From Styela clava (lineage: Eukaryota), in contig NC_135259.1 in the NCBI RefSeq assembly GCF_964204865.1, positions 10,850,001 through 10,914,000 of the forward strand: a stretch of 64,000 bases of DNA, given 5' to 3'. A program made the position numbers and the translations under genes. The notes beneath the pieces were generated by a model. That model made no database searches and had not been told where the DNA came from. It saw only the letters and a program-made list of their open reading frames with translations. Below are positions 27,101 to 39,500 of this stretch, one piece after another; position 1 is the first letter of the stretch; each line of letters starts with the position of its first letter.

Positions 27101-28993
27101 TAGGACAGGGTTTCACAAACTATTTTGGCCGCTGACACCTTTTTGTCAATCCTATTTTTCATGGACCCTCACCCTATGCCATATCAATTTATGTGCCTGG
27201 CAAACGCGAAAGGATAATGTTTCATTTACAACACAACAACACAAACGACATTAATGTGATGGACTAGGTTACTTTCCACTGAACAATTATTCGATTCTCG
27301 GAGCAATTTGTGACAAGCAAATTCGTATATCCGACTCTACGGAAAGTGTCGACCTGTATTTTGTCATCCCATTGTAAGAGCTGAAAAAGATTCCCTCACA
27401 CAAGTAGGTCATTGCAAAAAGCAATAAAGTTTTAATTTTTCTTCTGATAGCAATGGATATTTGGCCGCAAAATAATGCATTGGCTTTTTAATAAAAATCA
27501 ATCATTAAATATTGATCGAAATATCGATATCGACTCTTTTCATATCGTTGCGAACCCCAAGTGTAGTAGTCATCGAGGACTACCAGGGGTCCGCGGACCC
27601 ATGTTTGAATAACCCTAATCTAGGAATACATTCCAGGTGTTTAACGTCCTCGAAATGAATAAAGATAAAATCTTTGATTTCATTAAGCTGCAAAACTACT
27701 TTTTCAAGAAACACATGCAGTGCTAAACTTGATAATATATTATTTGTCTCTATAGGACGCATTTGCGAGCAGAAATGGTAAACCGCATATTGACTCGTCA
27801 CAAGATATCAAGGTTCTCAGATACGTAGAAACCGCAGGCGTAACGACAGTTACTTTTGCAAGGAAACTGGATACAATGGATACTTTGGATAACAAGGTTT
27901 AATTGCGAATTGATATCAATTATTTATTTTCATTTCGGAACAATTAAAAAGAGTACTATACTGTGTATATTGTACATGCACATAAAGAGTAAAACAATGC
28001 TCTAAATAGGATGTTATTGATACGATTTGCTGCACGAATATGAATTCAACAAATTTTTGTCACTGCACTAGGCATCCTGGAAATAGGTCATACAGATCTG
28101 ATAATGACCCGATGCCAGAAGACTATAATATTTAATTCCTTGGGTCTAATAAGAATGCTAATTATTTTCCATCATACACAACCAACAATTTTGTCAACTT
28201 TTTAACAAAGATTCAATTATAATTTTCGCTTTGCTTAACGTCTTGATGAGGTCTTTATAAACTCACGTGTTGTAATGTTCTGATATTCAAACCATGTTGT
28301 CTAACTCTAAGGGCTCAGCGTGAATAAATTTACATAGAATTCTAGGCATAAAACACTCAAAAATGCTTTGAAATACACGCGTGCCATTTGAACCAATAAT
28401 CGAAGCAATATAACTCATTTATTCATATATGTTGATAAAAGATTGGTGATATCAAATACGTGATATGGGCATATGGAAGAGCTGATTTTGCAAAGAAGCC
28501 AAGAAACTTTTACCATGGATCCAATAGAGGTAGTGCAAATTGTAGCACATTTCTATTTACGTACTAGGCATCTGAATGTGTTTAATAATAGCCGTTGCTT
28601 TGACTTCACTCTCTGAGATTTGGCAAGTCAAAATATGGCGATACAGCAACAAAAACTTTTACATAGTCGCAATTCTGTAGTCTCTTTGTACGTATTTTGT
28701 TTATATATTGGAATGAAGCACGTAACAAAAATTTTCTTCACTTCAATTCAGGAGCAAAAATGCTGACTCTTATTGACGGACCAGGTGAGCCATTTTTCAG
28801 CTACTGCGACAAAGCTAATACCTGCTAATTCAGTTTTAATAAAATTGTTATACGTAAAACAAATGCACGATCGCATGTTTACAATGCATGTTTGAAATTT
28901 AATATTTCATTCTCATGTTTATATTTTACAGGTGGTTTGTCGGCAGATTTTAAAATGAATCCATTAGTGCTTGTACCAGGAAATTTGAGGTAA
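12111..28993 (+). CDS. Gene B: secreted 6x DOMON protein (D1-[HD-D2-D3]x2-linker-D4), 35 coding exons, ~1232 aa
   Basis: D1 exons 12111-12275, 12865-12984, 13363-13509, 13651-13738, 14174-14233. Cassette 1: 14431-14606, 14909-15022, 16191-16343, 16699-16786, 17208-17243, 17507-17545, 17900-17932, 18629-18729, 19402-19512, 19811-19960, 20228-20315, 20752-20799. Cassette 2: 21108-21280, 21457-21570, 21919-22071, 22328-22415, 22835-22870, 23165-23203, 23549-23581, 23889-23989, 24646-24756, 25066-25215, 25492-25579, 25971-26018. Tail: 26382-26794, 26937-27047, 27756-27896, 28442-28529, 28752-28784, 28932-28993. Total 3699 nt, in frame. Signal peptide MAMDYKMLIIFPLFFSVVWG; six GW(V/M)GxG..M..(S/A)D and WAYG..YH...RG motif sets; ends LVPGNLR*. 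Confidence 0.87.
15280..15345. mobile_element. hAT-type MITE end at the start of an insertion in gene B intron 7 (other end not found)
   Basis: CAGGGTGGTCCAAGGTTG...GCGGGCC matches the reverse complement of the right end of the complete element at 51939-52416. The ~0.85 kb segment starting here is absent from the duplicated intron 21571-21918. Confidence 0.65.
18100..18490 (+). repeat. Dispersed repeat family copy (ACCACTGAAAATTTC..GAGAAAA.CGATTT..(AAC)n)
   Basis: Core at ~18277-18330 followed by an AAC-rich tract. Related pieces at ~18895-19370, 24285-24635, 30330-30510, 31475-31830, 45290-45410, 55250-55355 (plus) and 58740-59000, 60140-60365 (minus). Class not determinable. Confidence 0.7.
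24016..24225. mobile_element. Tc1/mariner-type MITE, 210 bp, in a gene B cassette-2 intron
   Basis: TA|CAGGGTGTTAAAAAAGTTACGCAATAATTAA ... TTAATTTTGCGTTACCTTTTTAACACCCTG|TA: ~30-bp TIRs with TA on both sides. The paralogous cassette-1 site near 18750 is empty. Confidence 0.9.
27106..27617. mobile_element. hAT (Charlie-like) MITE, 512 bp, in a gene B intron
   Basis: 8-bp TSD ATCTAGGA at 27098-27105 and 27618-27625; imperfect TIRs CAGGGTTTCACAAAC / GTTTGAATAACCCTA. Confidence 0.88.
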
Positions 28994-29280
28994 ACAAAGA
29001 CAAGAATGAAGTTTATTCGTCAGAAGGAAAGAAAGAGACTTATGCTAGTATATACCAATGCCTCATCATTTTTGTGCATTTAGATTTAGACAGTACTTTG
29101 ATACTTTGGAGCCAAACATGTCGTATGATTTTGGCGTGATGAGTTAGTTATACGCCAAATGATACAGATGGAATGTATTATTAACAAACCAGCAAAAGGA
29201 ACTAGTTGGAATGACCAATGTTTTTTGTTGGAATGTCTGCATTACATGCATCATCCAATTTTTAATTATAATCCTTTTTA

Positions 29281-29286
29281 AATAAA
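29281..29286 (+). terminator. Candidate polyadenylation signal of gene B
   Basis: AATAAA ~290 nt after the stop codon; a homologous AATAAA lies at 44014-44019 in the alignable 3' UTR of gene C. Confidence 0.55.
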
Positions 29287-30780
29287 GTGAAACATAATCG
29301 AACAATCTTTTGCAATGTCATAACTATATTGGCAGCACTAGAGAAAGATTTGTTAGAAAATTCAAAATTCCTGAAAGACGTGATTTTTCCGTGACGACAA
29401 CATGGTTGTGGTAACATATGTATGGTTAGTATGATTTAAAAATTTCAAATCGAAAGGACGCTCAAGAATTTACCACATCACATGATGTACATTAGAACGG
29501 ATTATCATTAAATTTAAAGTAGCGTTGGCAGTTTATACAAGAATGTTATTATGAATGATGCAGAGCAACATTTTCTGTCTACGTTTTCTGCCTTCAAAAT
29601 ATCTGTAGCGGACCAGGGTCATTGATACATCGACACATTCTAACAAAAGTGCAGTGATCAGATACATGTACACGAACGTCAAACTAAAGTACTATCAAAT
29701 ATTTTACACTACCGTTAGTCTTCTTTGAATTTTAAAGTACTTCCGTGCTTTCGTTATTTTTTTGTCCTTCAAGACAATGAAAAAGTAAATATACCTCTGT
29801 GATACAATGTGATAATCGGTAAAATAGTTGATCAAAATTTAAGACAAGTGCAAATAGAATAAAACGGAACAGATTGTCTAAAAAAAGAGCTGGAAGCGCT
29901 GCACCTGAAATCCTACTGTAGTCATTTGACATGCTCGACATTTACCTTCATAGCAGCTGTCTAGTAGTAGTTCACTATCAGACTTTACACAGTGTGCTGT
30001 GTCGTGGTGACAAATATCGTCGTGATTAATAAAATTCCTACAAAATTCATATCCTGAAGCTGGAACTGTGGAACAACTACATGTGATGTACCTACCTTAC
30101 CAATCAGCCAGTACCGCTACTCGGACAGTTCGAGTTCTAGTCACAAATATTTAACAGTACAGGTACAGGGAAGTCCGTCTACTTTTACAGCTTATCGAAA
30201 AAAACGACTTTCACTGAGCAGGATTTTCTCTGATTGCGACTGCGGCTCCTCCATACGGTGCGCAATTTTTAGCTTTGATGGCGTAATCAAACAAAACTTC
30301 GAAGTGACAAACGAATTCCATAGAGACCACAGAATTTTCTGAAATATATAAAAGTAATAGCCTTCTAGCAACAAAACAATCTTCAATCACTAAAAGTTTC
30401 AAAGCCGATAATCCAATAATTAAAGCAAAAAGGGAATTTTTTCACAACAACAACAAGAAGAAGAATACAAACAGCAACAACATAACAACAAAACGATCGA
30501 ATGATCACTTTGTCGACAAGTATATTTTGTATTTTCTTATACCAATCATACTAATCGTCAATTATTTTTTTTATCAGAGGTTACGTAGCATTCTTCACCG
30601 TGATTCATTTATGATACGTCCCTTCATTACAAGATAGGTAACATGGTTGGCAGACGATTGTTCTGATACCTTTTGGCTTCCACTGTGTTAAACCAATCTT
30701 ATTTGTCCCAAATGACTAATTAAAAGATGCTTGTGATCTTGTTGGCATATGTTTCTTTGCAAGAATAGTTAATGAACTAC

Positions 30781-32653
30781 ACGATTGGAACATGCAAACG
30801 TAGGTGTTCTGAGTGAAACTATTACAGGCAATGATTGTCATTACAAAAGAGGTAAGAAAATGTAATTGTGAACTTATTGAATTATTGCCAAATGTGTTAC
30901 TTGACGATCAAGTGTAAGTTAGAAAATTCTCTATACATTCACTTGTACAATATTTCATGTTTTATTCATATTTTATTATATATTGAACACATATATGTAA
31001 ACTATTCAATTCTGAAATAGAATATGTGCTTTATTTTTATTTCTGCATTCAATAACATTTTATTTTTGCCAGTTCATGCTAGATTAACTTTGATTCTTGT
31101 GGAAAATAATTCCCCGAGGCAAAACACGTAAATTCAGTTACAGCTTTATAGGTTTAAAACAATTTGAAGGAAATTTCGTAAAGAATTTGTCAAAGTAAGA
31201 AAATATTCTGCGGATACGTGAACATTTAAATAAATCAAAAAATCTCATTAGTTTTTTCACTATCACGACCTAAAATTTTTTTAAAGTAGTTACTGTTTTA
31301 ACATAGATGAGGCGGAAGAATTTTTAAAAAGTCAAAGCGTGACTTTCCCCTCGTATACGTAGTTATATATCAAAGTTTCTAGCAAAAGCACGCTTCACTT
31401 TGGATTGAGAAGTTTTGTGGTCATGAATAATAGACAATATTTAAATTGGAACAAGAGTTTAAGGCTCAAATATATGGACCCAAAAGTCAAAACGAATTTT
31501 TTACCCACAATTCTCCCAAAAAGCATATCCTGAACGAAGCTGTAAATGTGGAACAGGTTCTGTAACTTACCCGGACTGTCCTATATTTCCCTGTTCGGTG
31601 ACGGTGATATTCATGAACCCAGTCTCAAGATGAATCGAAATACCAAATAATTCGAATCCAATATAGACCACAGAAATCTTTAAACTAAATAAAAGTACCC
31701 TTGCGACAACAACAATCTTTAACCATCTAAAATTTCTAAGAGATTGGTCTTGTATTTAAAAAGAAAAGCGAATTTTTTCAGAATTACAACAAGTTGAATA
31801 AAAAGACTACTAACAACAACAACAACAATCCATCAACTTCCTGTCTAATATTCACTAAATAATTCGTACAATTTGGCTTGAGGCTTATAGAAATTTCTTT
31901 CGATCCATAAACTCCGAGTAATTTCCAAAATAATCTAATTTAATCTTGTTGATAAACTTTCCCAAAATATGTTTATCTGACAATGCGTATCATCTTCTTT
32001 CAATAGCAAAAATGCTAAATCTTATTGGTAAGTCTGGCACAGTATGATCGAGTCATTTCTTCTAAATGCTTCTCATTTCAGTACAAAACAACTCATTCAA
32101 TTGGAAATCGAAATTATCCCTTTTCGATTTAATATAAAATATATGACCTTAGAACAGACTAGTTGGGCAAATTTTTTTGGCCCCTGGTTCAAAAACCTTG
32201 CCCACACCTGACTTAGACTATTCATAGTTAAAAATCGATTTTATTTGATTTCAATGTATTCATTTTCACTTTTTGTGGTTCGTGGCTCCAACTGCTAGGT
32301 CCCCTATGGCCAGCGGTATATAAATTTATAAAATTCGAAACCATGAGAGTAATTAAGAACTTAGGGTGTGGCAAAACTTTCTTTTCATTAATCTTTTTAA
32401 AAAAAAGAAATTCGAATTTATCTTGTACATGATTGATGCCGCAGGGGATGTGTAGTTCTATATAACTCTAGACAGGAGCAAAAAATACCATAAAAATCTT
32501 TATACTTATATCTCTGAAGAAATGAAAATATAAAAGTTTCTGCTTTATTGCATCGCACTATTGCTTCATAATCTATTTATATATTTTGATGTTTTATACA
32601 GGTGGACAAACAAACTTCACGATGACGTCCTTATCTATAAAAAAATAAAATAG
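30781..32653 (+). pseudogene. Decayed duplicate of DOMON gene A (A-psi)
   Basis: 30781-30851 matches A exon 4 (AGTGAAACTATT...AAAGAG|GTAAGAAAAT); 31073-31127 matches A exon 5; flanking introns align to ~6290-6980; 32290-32400 matches A's last intron; 32602-32653 matches A's last exon with indels. Exons 1-3 and 6-10 are not detectable. Confidence 0.82.
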
Positions 32654-33145
32654 ATTTAACTTGTAACCGCGATCAATTACTGTTCCACAATCTGTTTTCA
32701 ATTGCGATATAAATTTTAAAACAAAAATTATTTTATTGCATAATCAAACGTTGAGATGTGATATGTGTCGATAAATGTAGTCAAAAGGAATATAGCACAG
32801 ATTTGGGATATTAGAGTAAATCTATATCACATAACAACTGACAGTAAATTTGCAGTCAGCAGTTACATTACTTTGCCTGTGGCTTGTTGTTCAAGTCACA
32901 GCTGTACAATAACAAAGATTGATTTATTGGAATCGCGAAGAAATTAAAAACAAGTAATAATTAAAAGCTTCAAAATATGTCATTAAAGTTACTAAGTTAC
33001 TATTGCGATATCTTTCAGTGAAATTTCTTTTATGTTCACCATGGGTCATACATGGAGCGTGTTTAAGAAACTGAATATTAAAATGCAAGGTCAAAACCGT
33101 TGGTTTCCTTTTTTATTATTTTATTTGATTACGTCGCAAAAACAG

Positions 33146-33177
33146 TATAAAAGCCTGCGGCGTACATTGACTCGACA
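33146..33177 (+). promoter_or_regulatory. Candidate core promoter (TATA box) of DOMON gene C
   Basis: TATAAAAGCCTGCGGCGTACATTGACTCGAC, conserved with the gene B block at 11689. Confidence 0.6.
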
Positions 33178-33565
33178 AAAATCGATTAATCTGCAAAAGT
33201 TGAAAAGTATCTTATTATTAACTTGTTTTTGAAAAAGACACATGTAGTGCTTTTGAACGTGTATCAGTTTACAGTATACGTGACTGTTTAATAGTTTCGT
33301 AGTCAGTTTCGTCAGCTGTATAGTTTTGTGTATGTGTATTTTTCCGCGTTCTACAGCATTGAGAACAAAAATCAAAAGTTCGAAGTTTGATAAATCGTTG
33401 CCTTATATACATGCGAATCATGCCAGGGTTTGAGTAGAAAATAGGAAAAGATCACGAATAGTAGTTGCAGTGATAAAATAAATAAATAGTATATATAATA
33501 AATAACTACATGGAATTAATGAATATTTGATCAATTTAAAGCAGATTCGTCTTAACTTTGCCAAT

Positions 33566-36500
33566 ATGGCAACGGGATATAAAATATTAATTATATTTCC
33601 ATTGTTATTCACTGTGGTTTGGGGAGGAAATGGCACGTCTTCGAAGGAAATAACATACGACGGATCTAAAGATTTGTCTGCTGGTATAAATGTCATGTGG
33701 AAAGTAGAAGAAAAGAGTATTGTTCTGAAGGTAAAATACCGCTAGGACAAAAAAGATTTCTTATTATTACCATCTCTGTTTGAAAGTGTGTTTAGTTAAT
33801 ATTAAGTCTTCTCCCAGGCTAATAATAAGTTGTATTAAGTTGGACAATGTCGAATTGACGAAAGAGAAAGTTTTGATTACTTCCAAATACAGTAGCTTCA
33901 GAGGTATCAAAGACTTTTTGTTTAAAGCTTTCTGAGAATCAATGTGTTAAAACAATTGATAAGAAGTAATTAAATAATATTTAAAAAATTAGAATTTTTT
34001 TTACCAATTTCAGATCAATTTACTAGAAATTAAAATATACCTTTTCACAAAACTGGTGTAACCCAACTTTTGTTTGTATTTATGTCTCATTTAGACATTT
34101 TTGCTAACATTATCAGTAGTCATACTGCTCCGTAGGTTTTTTTAATAGAAAATTTTCAAACTTGGCAAATAATTCAATATTACATAATTGAAGAGATCAA
34201 ATCTGCGGAAAAAATTAAACAGTATGTATATGATAATTTCAACTACTTTTCGACTAAATTGCGTCTAAATAATTTGTCATATGAATGACTTTAATTATTT
34301 TTTTACGAAACGTGGTGAATTCGGTTTCTGATTTATTGCAAGTTATTTATATTTGAACATTTTTTTCACAACAGTTGAAATACAGAGCAACAGGATGGGT
34401 TGGCATTGGATTTTCGAAATCAAAACATCCACAGAGTATGGCTGATTCTGATATCATAATAGGCTGGGTTACTATGGACAACGCGTTTGTGTTGGTAAGA
34501 CTAAAAATAAAGTAAATATAGACAATCTTTAATCATGCTGATCGTTAGCAATTTCAAATAACGATACAATTGTTTAAAGCTTGCCATAATTACCATATTT
34601 GTATCGTTGTAATATGCCCCGTTAAGTCTTCAGACAATGCCTCTGAGATTGTCCATATTAGGGCTTTCAGCTCTCATTTCCCATCATTACATCGCAGCTA
34701 TTTTATAAGTCGCGTACTGTCCATGCAAACGAGACCCCTCAAGTCATAAAATTTGTTTGAAAAACTTTTATATAAATGACGACAATTCTAGCAAAGCGAC
34801 TTAGTTAAAACGAAGCAGTTTAACTCATAATAAAGCTCATCAACCCCCGTACGCAGTCTTTGATTACTTCGATATCTCCTGGAAAATGAATCAAAACACA
34901 GTGCCCGAATCTTTCGATTCAAGCTGCATAAAAATTTTATTACTAGCTCGGTTTGTAGAATTTATTTTTTTAGAAGCCTCCAATAAATGAGCATAGTTGA
35001 ACTAATTTATATGCAGCAAGTCACTTTGTATAACCAACAATCTAACCCTCTCTCCTATAGCAAGTGTGTGTATGCCTGGGTATGTGAGTGGAATGAGAGT
35101 TTGACAACAAATCGCAGAATACGTAAGCATAATTCTAAAGATATAGCACACTATCACATATAATATAATTTTCAACTAAAATTTTATCAGGACGCTTACT
35201 CCAAGGAAAATGGCGTTCCGGATGTTGATGAAAAATCCGAAGTAGATCTGATTAGTGGAAAGGAAGAATCTGGCTACACCACAATTGTTTTCAGAAGACC
35301 AATCGTTGCGATGAATGATGACGACGTTACCATTGAAGTAGGACAGAAAAAATAAAAATTGGTTGTCATATGGGAGCTATAACAGTTATATTGTTGGGTG
35401 CAAGAAGTATGAAAACAAGGAGTACAGTAACAAAGAATATAGTAAATACTTATACAAGCAAAAGTTTGAATCTTTTTTAATGTAAACTTGTAAAACGTGT
35501 TCGTATTTAATACGAAATATTCCAATATTCAATCCGAATCATATACTGCATTAGATGTGACACGTGTCGAAACTAAATTCAATCTTTTAAAAAGTCATGC
35601 TGAGTTAAAGTCTATGACATTAAAATTAATTTCTTTTTATAGAAAGGAGAAATTGGAATTCTTTGGGCGTATGGTAGATCGGATGGTACAGGAAAAACTT
35701 TGAGCTCTGCAAATTACCATGCAAGAAGAGGTAGGAATCATGTTCTTCAGCACAAACCTCCTGCAACGATCAATAATAACATTTTTTATCCATTTCTTGT
35801 TTTGCATTGAGTTACTAGTATTATTTTTTTCTAAATACGTTTTTGTCATATTGGTAATTCTAAATATGTTTGTAGGACAAATATTGTTTCCACACAATTC
35901 TAAAACGCATGGTTATGATCATAGTTAAGTTTCTCAAATTTGACACATTTCTTGCTTCTAATCCTCTGATAAAAAAAAAGCTAATTGAGAACAGTGTTAT
36001 GTATTTTTAACTAATAATCCAATATAACTCACTGCAGTCAATAAAACAATAATAAATGGAATATAATGATAATGTTACTGGTAATAGATCTTCCCCCCTT
36101 AATGCATTTTATGTAACAAAGAGAAATAAAACTTAATATTCCAGGTCATACAAGTCTAACATTAATACCCGCAGACGAAAGTGGTAGTGAACCAAGTGTT
36201 CCAGGTAAACTATTTTGTAAATTTATTTGATTGCTTTCAAAGTCTTTTTATGTTGAATCTCAAAAACGCTGTGTGTTTTGTAAGAATCTATCAAGAATAA
36301 TAAAAAAAAATATGAAACGCCCAATTGGTGTATATTGGTATAAACTATTAAACGAATAATAAACGCAAAATAACAACAACAACCACAATAATGTGTTGCC
36401 AGGTCCAGTTAGACTCGGTTCTCCAAAAGGTGTTGAAGATCATGATGACGACGATGATGATGACCACGAAGAATCTCATGAACATGATGATGAGGAGCTA

Positions 36501-39500
36501 AATCATTTCATTTATCTTGATGCAGACAAGAAACTTTTTCTCCGGTGGGGAGTCAAAGATCAAGAAATTACTTTCAAGGTACGAGACATTTTTAGTTTTC
36601 AATTAATCTGTAACTGTAATGTTTTTTCTGTGAACATAGTATCGTAAAGATATGTTATATAAATTTTGAATTTCAACATCCGTATCATTAACATTGAATT
36701 TTCATTGCGAATTGCGAAATATCATAAGCAAAAATGAATAAATCATTTGTTTGTAATTTTTAGTTGAAAGGAGAAACTCTGGGATGGATGGGAATAGGAC
36801 TATCACCCGACCATGAAATGCACAATGCCGATATCACTATGGTTGGAGTTAACCGAGCAGGAGAAGCATATGCATACGTAAATAACTTTATTAATGCTCT
36901 AACATATAGACTCTAAATTAGTCAGTTTGTTAAAGCTACGCTCAGCTGTTTAATTTTACCCCCAAATCAATATTTTTTAAATAATATATGGTGTTGAACG
37001 CACTGATCCAAAAACATACTTGAATATATCTTCCATATCGCTTTTGTGTCAATTCAAAACCTGACATAAACGGTTCAAATATCACTTATAACCATAAACA
37101 TGCAGACGTATGTAACCACTGCATTAATTCAAAGTAATGAGCATCAATACCAAATTGTATTTTTGAAGATGTATTATGCAACTCTACTAATAGCAATATC
37201 GTTCTATTGAAACTGAACTGCTGCTACTGACCACTCACCCAAGGGTGAATTGTACATGGCGATTTACAAACTATTATTTTACACCCTGCAAAAAGAAACT
37301 GAATAGTTAGCAAAATACATTTACTGTGACTACAATGTCAAATATGGAAAATCCAAATGTAGAAGTTTATGATATTTACTCTCAAAAAAGAAAAAAAAAG
37401 TAAAATAGTTTTCATTTTCGTCCAAAAAAGTCCACAATTATTTGTTACCTCTATCAGGATTGTTTCGCAACTGAGAATACTGTTCCTGCGGTTGACAAAA
37501 CTCAGAACGTTGAAATCCTTGAATATGATCAGACTGATACTCATACAACCGTCGCATTCAAAAGAGCTCTTGTTACAAATGATGAAAACGGAGAAGATCG
37601 GTCGATCCAGGTTGAAAAGCTTTTAATTGGCGACATAGATAACAAGTTATAAGATAAATGTACAAAAAAATTAGATAATAAATGCTTCAATACGTGAAGC
37701 AACCGTTACCCATTTTCCTAATGAGGACGGAAGATAAACTGCCAAATCAAATATGTATTGGGAATTTTTGTATATACATTTATATACTCATAATTATATT
37801 TTTAAAATCCAGGAGTTTTATGACAATTTTAAAGAGATGAATGCTATTATAAAATTTGCACGATAAAAAAACAAAAATATTGCAATCTCGAATCAAAAGT
37901 AAAACTCATGCATAGAATCGTTGCAAATCAAATTTTATAATACTATCTATGCTCGTTATACACAGAATGCTGATACGTATTTCATATGGGCTTATGGATT
38001 GTATGACGTAGTAGGAGCACCGGGTACTATCAACTATCATTTTAGACGAAGAGGTATGAGATATATCATACGCATTATGTTGTATTAAATTAATCATGCT
38101 TTTTAATACCTAATACTCGTTTTCTAATGCTAAGTCTTTTACTTGGAAGTGTGTGATACTGAGAACATTCAGTGAAAGTGAAAACAGTGTCACTATTTTT
38201 CTAACTATTCCTAAATAATTCCTTACTATATTGAAAGAACGAAAGACGAGTAAACTAAAATGTATAACGTCAGATCGAAAGAAATTAATTATAGTGCAAA
38301 AATGCGACAATCAGGTAACAATCAAACAACCAAATTAAACCTTATGATGACTGTTTCATTCCATACGTTTTTCCATCAGTTTAGCACTGCGAAACATTAA
38401 AAGACTTTATTTTATTTTATTTCGTTAAAATGTGTACTTTTAAACCTTGCCACCTTCAAGCCTTAGTATATCATTAACGAAGGGATGATGAGGTTCCGGT
38501 TATAACACTTTGATACAAACTTGATTTTCTTCATTCTTCCAGGATACCTAAAATTGAATCTGCTTCATGGAATGGGAGGTGAGATATTTATGTTTTCCTT
38601 TTTTACCTGTAAAAAGCCCAAAAATATTTTAATGAATCATTGTAATATAAACGGTTTAACTACAACACAATCGAAATGGCAATTTTAGACGGTTTATAAA
38701 ATTTATACAGAGCTGTACGTTTGTAATTATGACATGTTATATTATAAATGAACTTGCCTGTATAAAATGCACTAAAAAGACCAAATTTTGAAAACTACTT
38801 TTAAATTTCTTTTTATTTAAAGTACTGAAAAATCTTAAAAAAAAGATTAATGACATTCATAATTATAAGGTATATGGACAGCGTACTATAATTATTTAAC
38901 CAATTATTTATAGAAGAAATGAAACCAGTCGAAAGTCCGAAATCGCCAGAAGGTAAAATATTCTGTACTTTGATTAACAACCTACTTTTCTTTAGAATTA
39001 AGAGTTTACTTTGAACTCTAAAGTGTAATCGTAAACATTTGATATTTGAAATTTTGTCACAATATTTCATAATAGACAAAATCATTAAAGTTGTAAAAAC
39101 TGTATTAAGCATTTATAATGATTTTATGCAACCTTGTAAAGCGATTTAACATGTCTTATAACGTGAGCTAGGTAAAGTTGGTTTGCAAAGATGACACAGC
39201 AACAGCAATAAGATTGCAAAGCATATGATAAGGATAATACTAAAAACATTCATTTTACATTCCCAGGTGTGGAAACGGGAACGCCAGAACTACCAGAAGG
39301 TAAATAATTCTAGTGAATACAAGGTGTCTGAAATGTTGACTGTTTTCCATTTGTCCCATAATTATCACACTTGCCCCAATTGTACGAATCTCACCTCATA
39401 TAAATACTATAGCCGTCTGACAAAGTATTCCAAGTGTAACAAATGTGATAAATAGAACAGACATGGGACACGTGGTACCTGAAATTATTGATAAACTGGA

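Noticed and set aside
32180-32218. hAT-like terminus TTGCCCACACCTG
   Set aside because: Only one end, with no matching TIR or TSD, so it cannot be delimited as an element.
16162-37626. Three similar ORFs 'RIVSLLxILLLRLTKP...' (16162, 21899, 37369)
   Set aside because: Off-frame readings of the conserved DOMON exon DCFAPENTTPSVDKTQNVE; the similarity comes from the duplication.
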